From positions 32,001-96,000 of the forward strand of contig CAVSQW010000009.1 of the NCBI GenBank assembly GCA_963730185.1: DNA of 64,000 bases, given 5' to 3'. This stretch comes from an uncultured Gemmatimonadales bacterium (GTDB lineage Bacteria; Gemmatimonadota; Gemmatimonadetes; Gemmatimonadales; GWC2-71-9). Both the position numbers and the translations under genes were made by a program. This document shows positions 39,906 through 48,004 of this stretch, in pieces (position 1 is the first letter of the stretch; each line of letters starts with the position of its first letter). The notes under the pieces were generated by a model. That model searched no databases. It was given only the letters and a program-made list of their open reading frames with translations, and was not told the DNA's origin.

Positions 39906-41237
39906 CTACTTCCCGACGCAGAACCTCGAAAAGACCCGGTCAAGCACTTCGTCGACGTCCACCGACCCCAACAGCTCGTCCAGCGCCGTTACCGCCCGCC
40001 GGACGTGGTGCGAGGCCAGCACCGGATCTCCCTCGCGGTCGAGCTCCGGGCGGGCATCGCCGAGCGCGGCCGCGGCCGTCTCGAGCGCCAGTCGGTGGCG
40101 CTCGCGGGTCAACATCGGCTCGTCAGCCGTGCCGCCTCCCATCCGTCCGAAGAGCTGGTCGGAGAGCAACGCCCGCAGCTCTCCCAGCCCTTCGCCGGTG
40201 ACGACCGAGACCGAGAGGTCACGCCGGGTCGGCTCGAGATCGGCTTTGGTGCGGATCAAGAGCGCCGACCCGGTTTCCAGTAGCGCCCGCTCGTCGGAAT
40301 CCAGGTCGCGATCGCCCTCGACGCAGAGAAGAACGAGATCCGCGGCCGCCAGGTAGCGCCGGCTCACCTCGATCCCGAGACGTTCGATCCGGTCGGTGGA
40401 CTCCCGGAGCCCGGCGGTGTCGGCCAGCCGCACCGGCCATCCCTCGACCTCCACCGTGGCCTCGATGGTGTCGCGGGTGGTCCCCGGCACCTCGCTCACG
40501 AGTGCCCTGTCGCGGCCGAGGAGGGCGTTGAACAGCGAGCTCTTCCCCGCGTTGGGACGGCCGGCGAGAACCACGAGCGCCCCATCGTGGAGCCGCTCGC
40601 CGAGCGGCGCGGTGGCCAGGAGCAACTGGATCGCGCTCGCCGCCCGCTCGAGGCCAGTGAGCAGCCGGTTCCGATCGAGAGGTCCGTCGTCCTCTTCGGG
40701 AAAATCGATGTCGTAGCTCAGCAAGGCCAGGAGATCCACGAGCTCGGTCCGGAGCGTGTCGATCCGCCGGGACAGGCCGCCCTCGAGCTGGTGGAGCGCG
40801 GCCCGGCCCTGAGCCGGCGCCGTGGCATCGATCAAGTCGCCGACCGCCTCCGCCTGCACCAGATCGAGCTTGCCGTTGAGGACCGCCCGCCGGGTAAACT
40901 CGCCGGGTTTCGCGAGCCGCGCCCCGAAGGACTGTAGAGCCCCCAACAGCTGCGCCGGGACCAGGAGGCCCCCGTGACACGACAGCTCGGCCAGGTCCTC
41001 GCCGGTGTAGCTCCTGGGACCGGGAAAGAGCGTGACCATACCCCGGTCGATGACCACCCCGTTGGCCCCATGGAAGTCGGCGAGCGTGGCGCGCCTCGCG
41101 GCCGGCAGATCGTCCGGGCGCCCGAGCTCGAGCAGCCGACGCAGGATCTCGAACCCGCCCCGGCCGCTCAACCGGATGACCGCCAGCCCGGCCCGGCCGG
41201 GTGGCGTGGCGAGTGCGCAGATGGGATCGGACAGCAT
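39906..41237 (-). CDS. mnmE: tRNA modification GTPase MnmE
   Basis: ALATPPG, SYTGED, GRPNAGKSS, GTTRD, DTAGLR, C-terminal FCVGK. Confidence 0.97.
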   Translation of the reverse strand: MLSDPICALATPPGRAGLAVIRLSGRGGFEILRRLLELGRPDDLPAARRATLADFHGANGVVIDRGMVTLFPGPRSYTGEDLAELSCHGGLLVPAQLLGALQSFGARLAKPGEFTRRAVLNGKLDLVQAEAVGDLIDATAPAQGRAALHQLEGGLSRRIDTLRTELVDLLALLSYDIDFPEEDDGPLDRNRLLTGLERAASAIQLLLATAPLGERLHDGALVVLAGRPNAGKSSLFNALLGRDRALVSEVPGTTRDTIEATVEVEGWPVRLADTAGLRESTDRIERLGIEVSRRYLAAADLVLLCVEGDRDLDSDERALLETGSALLIRTKADLEPTRRDLSVSVVTGEGLGELRALLSDQLFGRMGGGTADEPMLTRERHRLALETAAAALGDARPELDREGDPVLASHHVRRAVTALDELLGSVDVDEVLDRVFSRFCVGK

Positions 41238-41295
41238 CGATGAAAATTACCCCCGGGTGGGCCTGCCCCGGGGGGCCTCGCTGGAAAACGGCCCG

Positions 41296-43032
41296 TCAGC
41301 CTTGGTCTGGCTTGGGTTTCTTTCGAGCCGGCTTGGGCTTGGCAAGCGGCTGGGCGCCGGCCGCCTGGTTCCGGAGCCGTTCCTGAGCCACCATCCACTG
41401 CTGCGGGATGCTCGCGAGGTTGACGGTCGCGTAGTACAGGTTGAGGCCCGACGCCAACCCCAGGAAGAACACGATCATCATCCCCGGCATCAGGTAGAGC
41501 ATCACCTTCATCTGCGGATTCGGCGGCAAGCCGATCTGGCCCACCTTGGTCACCGCGAACATCGAGACACCCATCAGGACTGGAATGATGTACGTCGGAT
41601 CCGGTCGCGCGAGGTCCGGGAGCCAAAGGAACGCGGCTCCGCGCAGCTCGATGGTGTTCTGGAACACGAAGAAGAGCGCGATCAGGATCGGCCAGGGCAG
41701 CAGCAAGGGCCAGCACCCGCTGAAGGGGTTGACCTTGTGCTCCTTGTAGATCTTGAACATCTCCTGCTGGAGCTTCTGCGGCTCGTCCTTGTGCTTGTCC
41801 TGGATCTCCTTGAGCAACGGCTGGATGGCCTGCATCTGCATGCCGGCCCGCATCGCCTTCTGGTTGAGCGGCCAGAGGACGACCCGGATCAGGATGCCGA
41901 TCAGGATCAGGCCAAGTCCATAAGCCAAGTGCAGTCGGTCGTGGAACCAGACCAGGAGCCAGCGGGCGCCGATCGCCACCGGGCGGATGATCGGACGGAG
42001 CCACGACCAGCCGTACGGATTGATGTCGTCGAATCCGTGACCGATCGCGTTGAGCCGAGGATACTCCATCGGTCCGACGTAGAGCGAGAAGTCCACCGCG
42101 CCCGTCGCCGGCACGCCCAGGCTCGCCCAGATCGTGGCGGCCTCGGGTGTCTTGTGCCGGGTGTCGGTCGCCGACACCTGGACGCCACCGATCCCTCCGT
42201 GACCCGCCCGGGTGGTGTCGAGTGCCAGCAGCGCGGTCGCGAAGTACTTCGACTTGACCGCGACCCACTCGAACGGACCGGGCAGGGCAACCGGCTCGCC
42301 CACCTTGAGCTTGCTGAAGTGCGTCAGGTCCGACCGGGTGGCCCGGGTGACGATCCCCAGCTCCCGGGAGTGCTCGACGCTGTCGGACTCGGTGTTCCGG
42401 AGCCCCGGGCCCATTCCGAGAAGGAGCGTCCCACCTTCCGGGCCGACGCCGGTGACAGAACCGGTGACGTCGATCTTGTAGCTGTCGGGGCGGAAGTGAT
42501 AGGTGAACTCGATGCTGACGCCCGAGTCCCGAGCCGCGGTGAAGGTCAGCGTGGGAGTGTTCGCCACGTCGACCTGGAGCGACGACGGGGTGAACTGCCA
42601 GTCGTCGGCCCGCACGGTGTCCCGGCCGATGAGCACCATCGGCGCCAGGAAGTCACTCTCGTCGGGAAGGATCTCCGCCTGACGGTCCTTCTCGCCCGGC
42701 CGCATCGACTGGTACTTGAACAGCGTGGCGCTCACCATCCGGGCGCCACGGGTCGAGAACTCGAAACGGTAGAGAGGGGAGGTGACCTGAACGATCGACT
42801 GCGGCACAGTGTCCTGCGCCAACGCGGCCGGCTCCTGGCTGGTCGGCGCCAGCACCGCAGGCGGTCGAGCCGGCGTGACCGAAGTGCCGGGCACGGGCGC
42901 CACCTCCGTCGATGTCGACGAGGCCGCGGTCTGCTGACCGGCCGGCGGTGTCGATCGGCGGTTCAGGATCAGCGGCGGCAGCAACAACACGGCCATCATC
43001 AACACGATGGCCAGCACGAATCGACGGTCCAT
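41296..43032 (-). CDS. yidC: Membrane protein insertase YidC
   Basis: Large periplasmic domain, IRVVLWPL, YKEHKVNPFSGC, FLWLPDL; canonical position. Confidence 0.96.
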   Translation of the reverse strand: MDRRFVLAIVLMMAVLLLPPLILNRRSTPPAGQQTAASSTSTEVAPVPGTSVTPARPPAVLAPTSQEPAALAQDTVPQSIVQVTSPLYRFEFSTRGARMVSATLFKYQSMRPGEKDRQAEILPDESDFLAPMVLIGRDTVRADDWQFTPSSLQVDVANTPTLTFTAARDSGVSIEFTYHFRPDSYKIDVTGSVTGVGPEGGTLLLGMGPGLRNTESDSVEHSRELGIVTRATRSDLTHFSKLKVGEPVALPGPFEWVAVKSKYFATALLALDTTRAGHGGIGGVQVSATDTRHKTPEAATIWASLGVPATGAVDFSLYVGPMEYPRLNAIGHGFDDINPYGWSWLRPIIRPVAIGARWLLVWFHDRLHLAYGLGLILIGILIRVVLWPLNQKAMRAGMQMQAIQPLLKEIQDKHKDEPQKLQQEMFKIYKEHKVNPFSGCWPLLLPWPILIALFFVFQNTIELRGAAFLWLPDLARPDPTYIIPVLMGVSMFAVTKVGQIGLPPNPQMKVMLYLMPGMMIVFFLGLASGLNLYYATVNLASIPQQWMVAQERLRNQAAGAQPLAKPKPARKKPKPDQG

Positions 43033-43050
43033 ACTCCAGTCGCTGTGAAG

Positions 43051-43284
43051 TCAGGGGATCGGGTCGTAGCCACCCGGATGAAACGGGTGGCATTTGATCA
43101 ACCGGCGCAGTCCGAGCCACGATCCCTTCAACAGTCCGTAGCGCTCCACCGCCTCGAGCGTGTACTGCGAACAGCTGGGACTGAACCGGCACCGGGCGGG
43201 CAACCCCGGCGAGACATACCGCTGGTAGGCCCGGATCAAGCCGGCGCCCATCCGCTGCGGTACCCGGATCAGATCGGCAATCAT
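43051..43284 (-). CDS. yidD: Membrane protein insertion efficiency factor
   Basis: [28 protein letters not shown]. Confidence 0.95.
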   Translation of the reverse strand: MIADLIRVPQRMGAGLIRAYQRYVSPGLPARCRFSPSCSQYTLEAVERYGLLKGSWLGLRRLIKCHPFHPGGYDPIP

Positions 43285-43637
43285 CCTGCCCCACTGTGCT
43301 GCCGAGCCGCCCACGAGAGCAACTCGTCCCGAAGCTGATCGAACCCCGCGCCGTAGGCTTCACGCCGGGTTCGGATCACGAGATCCAGGGGGCCGACCTC
43401 GCCCCGCAACCGCCGCCGCCAAATTTCCTTGAGGCGGCGGCGCAAACGATTGCGGGCCACCGCCGTGGACTGGAACTTCGGGACGATCAGTCCCAGTCTC
43501 GGGTAGCCCGCCTCATTCACCGCCCAGACGAGATCCACGTGCGACAAGCGCCGCCGCCGGCCTCGGTCGAATACCCGCTGATAGTCGTCCGCTTTCCCCA
43601 GCCGACCGGCCGGCGAAAGACGCTCGGACGACGTTAC
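43281..43637 (-). CDS. rnpA: Ribonuclease P protein component (start codon uncertain)
   Basis: [32 protein letters not shown] (RNR motif); lies between rpmH and yidD. Confidence 0.9.
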   Translation of the reverse strand, partial: VTSSERLSPAGRLGKADDYQRVFDRGRRRRLSHVDLVWAVNEAGYPRLGLIVPKFQSTAVARNRLRRRLKEIWRRRLRGEVGPLDLVIRTRREAYGAGFDQLRDELLSWAARQHSGAG

Positions 43638-43795
43638 CGACCTCCGTGCTTCGAGGCGATGCGGACGGTGAGCCGTTTCCGCCCCTTTTTCCGGCGGCGG
43701 CTGAGCACGGCACGACCCCAACGATCGGCCATCCGGGCACGGAACCCGTGACGGTTCACTCGTTTGCGATTTCGGGGCCGGTAGGTCGGCTGCAT
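43634..43795 (-). CDS. rpmH: 50S ribosomal protein L34 (absent from the ORF track)
   Basis: Manual translation [62 protein letters not shown]. Confidence 0.97.
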   Translation of the reverse strand: MQPTYRPRNRKRVNRHGFRARMADRWGRAVLSRRRKKGRKRLTVRIASKHGGR

Positions 43796-43826
43796 ATTAC
43801 TCCTCGACGCCTCCAGTGAGCCCGAA

Positions 43827-43856
43827 AAGCTAGCCCAGCCACGGGCTTGCGGTCAA
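43827..43856 (-). promoter_or_regulatory. Putative rpmH operon promoter
   Basis: TTGACC(43856-43851)-18 bp-TAGCTT(43832-43827), back-to-back with the dnaA promoter. Confidence 0.5.
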
Positions 43857-43858
43857 GG

Positions 43859-43887
43859 TTGACTTTTCCACACGCGGGTCGTAGAAT
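43859..43887 (+). promoter_or_regulatory. dnaA promoter with an embedded perfect DnaA box
   Basis: TTGACT(43859-43864)-17 bp-TAGAAT(43882-43887). TTTTCCACA at 43864-43872 matches TTWTNCACA. Confidence 0.8.
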
Positions 43888-43939
43888 CGCCTCCCCCTTC
43901 CGACCTTCCCCTACGAGTCAGGGTTTGCACCGAGGCGAA

Positions 43940-45334
43940 ATGCAGCTCTCCCCCAAAGAGGCGTGGAAGCGCATTCTCGACGAGGCCCGCCGCGAGCTTC
44001 CCGAGCAGGCCGTCGCCACCTGGCTGGCCCCGGCCGAGCCGCTCGAGCTCCAGGACGGCAAGCTCACCCTCGGGGTTCCGGACGAATTCGCGGTCAAGTG
44101 GAACGAGACCAAGCACGGCTCCCTGCTGTCCCGGCTGGCCGAACAGGTCGTGGGTCAACGGATCACCGTGGCCTTCCGGGTGCCGGATGACCGGTTCCAG
44201 CGCCCCCAGATCGACTTCTTCGTAGCCCAACCGGACGACGACGGGCCGGTCACGCCGGCCGTCCGCCCGACCCACTCGCCGCTCCCGCTCAACGAGCGTT
44301 ACACCTTCGATTCGTTCGTGATCGGCAAGTCCAACGAGCTCGCGGCGGCCGCCGCTTATGCGGTCGCCGAGACCCCCGGCAAGACCTACAACCCGCTGTT
44401 CATCTACGGCGGCACCGGCCTTGGCAAGACGCACCTGATGCAGGCCATCGCCCACGCGGTTCTCGGGAAGGCCCCGGGAACCCGTCTGGTCTACGTCGGC
44501 GCCGAGCATTTCATCAACGAGGTGATCGAGGGCATCCACGGTCGGACCATGCCGGAGCTCCGGCGACGATACCGCACCGAGGTGGACCTGTTCCTCGTCG
44601 ACGACGTGCACTTCCTGGAAGGCAAGGAGGCAACCCAGGAGGAGTTCTTCCATACGTTCAACACGCTGTACGAGGCCCAGAAGCAGATCGTCCTGACCTC
44701 GGACCGGCCCCCGAAGGACATGCCCGGACTCGAGGCACGCCTGGTCAGCCGGTTCGAATGGGGCATGGTCGCCGACATCGGCCAGCCCGACTTGGAACAC
44801 CGGATCGCCATCCTCCGGAAGAAACAAGAGCAGGACCACCTCGAGACCACGATTCCCGACGAGGTCCTGAGCTTCATTGCGGAACATGTGTTTTCGAATG
44901 TCCGGGAGCTCGAGGGTTGCATCATCAAGCTGCTCCTCTACGCCTCGCTCCGGCATCGCGAGGTCACCATCGACCTGGCCCGAGAAGCCCTCGCGGATCG
45001 GATTCGTCCCGGGCCCCAGCTCCACGAGGGCACGCCCAAGGCCTTGCCGACGATCGACAAGGTGCAAGACGTCGTGGCCCGCCGGTGGGGCGTGACGCCG
45101 GAGGGACTCCGCTCGAAGGCGCGGATCAAGAGCTTGACGGTGCCCCGACAGATCGCGATGTACCTCGCCCGCGAGGTGTTGAACATGCAGCTGGTCGAGA
45201 TCGGGCAGGCGTTCGGCGGGCGCGATCACTCGACCGTCATTCACAGTGTGGACAAGGTCCAGCGGCAGCTGTCGCGCGACCGTGCATTCCGAGACCGAGT
45301 CGACTCGGCGCGGGCCGAGTTGACGAGCGGGTGA
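43940..45334 (+). CDS. dnaA: Chromosomal replication initiator DnaA
   Basis: YTFDSFV, YNPLFIYGGTGLGKTHL, DDVHFL, NVRELEG, GGRDHSTV. ATG 43940. Confidence 0.98.
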   Translation: MQLSPKEAWKRILDEARRELPEQAVATWLAPAEPLELQDGKLTLGVPDEFAVKWNETKHGSLLSRLAEQVVGQRITVAFRVPDDRFQRPQIDFFVAQPDDDGPVTPAVRPTHSPLPLNERYTFDSFVIGKSNELAAAAAYAVAETPGKTYNPLFIYGGTGLGKTHLMQAIAHAVLGKAPGTRLVYVGAEHFINEVIEGIHGRTMPELRRRYRTEVDLFLVDDVHFLEGKEATQEEFFHTFNTLYEAQKQIVLTSDRPPKDMPGLEARLVSRFEWGMVADIGQPDLEHRIAILRKKQEQDHLETTIPDEVLSFIAEHVFSNVRELEGCIIKLLLYASLRHREVTIDLAREALADRIRPGPQLHEGTPKALPTIDKVQDVVARRWGVTPEGLRSKARIKSLTVPRQIAMYLAREVLNMQLVEIGQAFGGRDHSTVIHSVDKVQRQLSRDRAFRDRVDSARAELTSG

Positions 45335-45392
45335 AGGCGAGAGAACCCGCGTCACCCGCCAGAGTGTTCGCAGCGATGGGGAGTGTGATCGC

Positions 45393-46505
45393 ATGAAGTT
45401 CACCATCACCCGAGAGAAGCTGCACGAGGGCCTGGGAGCGGTGGCCGGAAGCGTGCCGTCCAAAGCCACGCTTCCGGTCCTCTCTCACCTTCTCGTGGAA
45501 GCCACCAAGGATGGGATCCGCCTGTCCGGCACGGATCTGGACATCGCCGTCACCACGGTGATCCCGGCCGAGGTCAACCAGGAGGGGGCCGCGATGGTGC
45601 CCGCCCGGAAGCTCGCCGAGATCGTGCGGGAGCTGCCCAGCGCCGCGATTCGGGTCACCAGCTCGGGCGAGCAGCGAGTCCAGATCGAGTGTGGACGCTC
45701 GCGTTTCAAGTTGCTCGGTCTCTCCCGCGAGGAGTTTCCGGCCTTTCCGGCCGTCACGTTCGAAGGCGGCTGGAACGTCGTGGCCAGGGACCTTCAAAAG
45801 CTCATCACCCATGTGGCCTTCGCGGCCAGCACCGAGGAGAGCCGCCCGATCCTGAACGGGGTGCTCTGGGAGCTCCGAAGCGACCGGATGCGGATGGTCG
45901 CCACCAACGGGCATCGGCTGGCCCGCATGGACATGCCGCTCAAGGGTGCCGGCCAGGCCGACCTGATCGTGCCGCCCAAGGCCCTCGATCAGATCCGCCG
46001 ACTCTTCGGCCCGGACGAAGAGGTCGAGATCGCCCGGAGTGACAACCACCTCGGATTTCGCTCGGCCGCAACTCAGGTGTTCACCCGGCTCATCGAGGGG
46101 CCGTACCCGCCCTTGGAGGTTCTCGACAAGCTACTGCGCGAGAACGACAAGATCGTGACGGTGGACCGGACCGCCTTCACGTCGGCCATCCGGCGGATGA
46201 GCATCGTCGCCAGCGACCAGACCCACCGGATCCGCCTGGCGTTCTCCAACGGGGCCTGCAAGCTCTCGGTCACCACGCCTGATCTGGGCGACGCCCAGGA
46301 AGAGATGTCCGTCTCCTACGACGGCGATCCCCTGGAGATTGGATTCAACGCCTCGTACCTGTTGGAGGTCCTCAAGTTCATGCCGACCGACGAGGTAAGG
46401 CTGAGGTTCAAGGCTCCTGAACGCGGGGCCACGTGTGAGCCGGTGGGCTGGGACGACCCGGCGAGCTACCTCGCCCTGGTAATGCCTCTCCGGTTGCTCG
46501 ATTAG
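45393..46505 (+). CDS. dnaN: DNA polymerase III beta clamp, copy 1 (variant pocket segment)
   Basis: GTDLD, PARKL, RPILNG, ATNGHRL, GFNASY, VMPLRL. The usual PxYxxVIP segment is replaced by PPLEVLDKLL. Confidence 0.95.
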   Translation: MKFTITREKLHEGLGAVAGSVPSKATLPVLSHLLVEATKDGIRLSGTDLDIAVTTVIPAEVNQEGAAMVPARKLAEIVRELPSAAIRVTSSGEQRVQIECGRSRFKLLGLSREEFPAFPAVTFEGGWNVVARDLQKLITHVAFAASTEESRPILNGVLWELRSDRMRMVATNGHRLARMDMPLKGAGQADLIVPPKALDQIRRLFGPDEEVEIARSDNHLGFRSAATQVFTRLIEGPYPPLEVLDKLLRENDKIVTVDRTAFTSAIRRMSIVASDQTHRIRLAFSNGACKLSVTTPDLGDAQEEMSVSYDGDPLEIGFNASYLLEVLKFMPTDEVRLRFKAPERGATCEPVGWDDPASYLALVMPLRLLD

Positions 46506-46530
46506 GTCGATCCGACTGAAACAGCAATGG

Positions 46531-46654
46531 TTCCGCGGTCGCGCCTCACTCGACTGTGTTTCTTACGGTGTGGACAAAGGTCGCGCTTCGGTTGTCGCCC
46601 GACCACGCGCTCCGACAACGAGTTGACTCGGCTCGCGGGCAAGCCGACCAAGTG
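46531..46654 (+). pseudogene. Degenerate remnant of the dnaA 3' end (domain IV)
   Basis: DNA aligns to 45212-45334. Translation HSTVFLTVWTKVALRLSPDHALRQRVDSARGQ versus DnaA HSTVIHSVDKVQRQLSRDRAFRDRVDSARAE, with indels. Confidence 0.85.
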
Positions 46655-46870
46655 GCCGACCATGCTGGGTCGTGTGAGTTGCTGTGGGTGACGTGGAAGA
46701 CGCTGGAAAACCCCACGCCTCTCCACGAAATCCGCACTGCCAACAAACGACGTTCTGGCGATGGGGACGGTAAGCATCGTGCCGGTGGGGAGTTGGGCGA
46801 CCGCTCAACAATGGCGCCCCTCTACGATTACTACGAGTTCTATTAAACTGTTGCAGTCTTGTAGAAATAT
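46569..46870 (+). other. Candidate oriC (DnaA-box cluster, GC spacer, DnaA-trio-like repeats, AT-rich tract)
   Basis: TGTGGACAA 46569-46577. Degenerate boxes at 46683, 46692, 46702, 46719, 46728. GGCGCCCC 46813-46820 then CTACGATTACTACGA 46822-46836 and an AT-rich stretch to about 46870. Confidence 0.6.
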
Positions 46871-46894
46871 GGCGAGTTCGCGGAGCGTGAGCGC

Positions 46895-48004
46895 ATGAAG
46901 TTCACCATCACCCGAGAGAAGCTGCACGAGGGTCTGGGAGCGGTGACCGCAAGCGTGCCGTCCAAGACCACGCTTCCGGTGCTCTCCAACATCCTCGTGG
47001 AGGCCACCCAGGACGGGATTCGCCTGTCCGGCACCGACCTGGACATCGCCGTGACGACGGTGATCCCGGCCGAAGTCGATCAGGAGGGTGCCACCACCCT
47101 CCCTGCCCGGAAGCTTGCCGAGATCGTGCGGGAGCTGCCCAGCGCCGCGATTCGGGTCACCAGCTCGGGCGAGCAACGGGTCCAGATCGAATGCGGCCGA
47201 TCGCGGTTCAAGCTGCTCGGACTATCGCGGGAGGAGTTTCCCTCGTTTCCGGCGGTTAAGTTCGAGGGCGGCTGGAACGTCGTGGCCAAGGACCTTCAAA
47301 AGCTCATCACCCATGTGGCCTTCGCGGCCAGCACCGAGGAGAGCCGCCCGATCCTGAACGGGGTGCTCTGGGAGCTCCGGAGCGACCGGATGCGGATGGT
47401 CGCCACCAACGGGCATCGCCTGGCCCGCATGGACGTGCCGCTCAAGGGTGCCGGGGGTCAGGCCGACCTGATCGTGCCGCCCAAGGCCCTCGATCAGATC
47501 CGCCGCCTTTTCAGGCCGGACGAGGAGATCGAGATCGCCCGGAGCGACAATCACCTGGGGTTTCGATCGGCGGGCACCCAGGTGTTCACCCGACTCATCG
47601 AGGGGCCCTACCCGCCTTACGAGCAGGTCATTCCCCGCGAGAACGATAAGATCGTGACGGTGGACCGGACCGCCTTCGCGTCGGCCATCCGGCGGATGAG
47701 CATCGTCGCCAGCGACCAGACTCACCGGATCCGCCTGGCGTTGACCAACGGGGCCTGCAAGCTTTCGGTCACCACGCCCGACCTGGGCGACGCCCAGGAA
47801 GAGATGTCCGTCTCCTACGACGGCGACCCCCTCGAGATTGGGTTCAACGCCTCGTACCTGCTCGAGATCTTGAAGGCAATGCCGACCGACGAGGTTCGGA
47901 TGACCTTCAAGGCGCCGGAGCGCGCGGCCACCTGTGAGCCCGTCGGCTGGGACGACCCGGCTAGCTACCTGTCGTTGGTGATGCCACTCCGCCTGCTGGA
48001 CTAG
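46895..48004 (+). CDS. dnaN: DNA polymerase III beta clamp, copy 2 (canonical)
   Basis: All clamp motifs present, including RLIEGPYPPYEQVIP and VMPLRL. Confidence 0.97.
   Translation: MKFTITREKLHEGLGAVTASVPSKTTLPVLSNILVEATQDGIRLSGTDLDIAVTTVIPAEVDQEGATTLPARKLAEIVRELPSAAIRVTSSGEQRVQIECGRSRFKLLGLSREEFPSFPAVKFEGGWNVVAKDLQKLITHVAFAASTEESRPILNGVLWELRSDRMRMVATNGHRLARMDVPLKGAGGQADLIVPPKALDQIRRLFRPDEEIEIARSDNHLGFRSAGTQVFTRLIEGPYPPYEQVIPRENDKIVTVDRTAFASAIRRMSIVASDQTHRIRLALTNGACKLSVTTPDLGDAQEEMSVSYDGDPLEIGFNASYLLEILKAMPTDEVRMTFKAPERAATCEPVGWDDPASYLSLVMPLRLLD

Noticed and set aside
46556..46846. 96-aa ORF between the dnaN copies as a real gene
   Set aside because: Its similarity is explained by the indel-containing dnaA remnant, and the remainder runs through origin-like non-coding motifs. 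No RBS.
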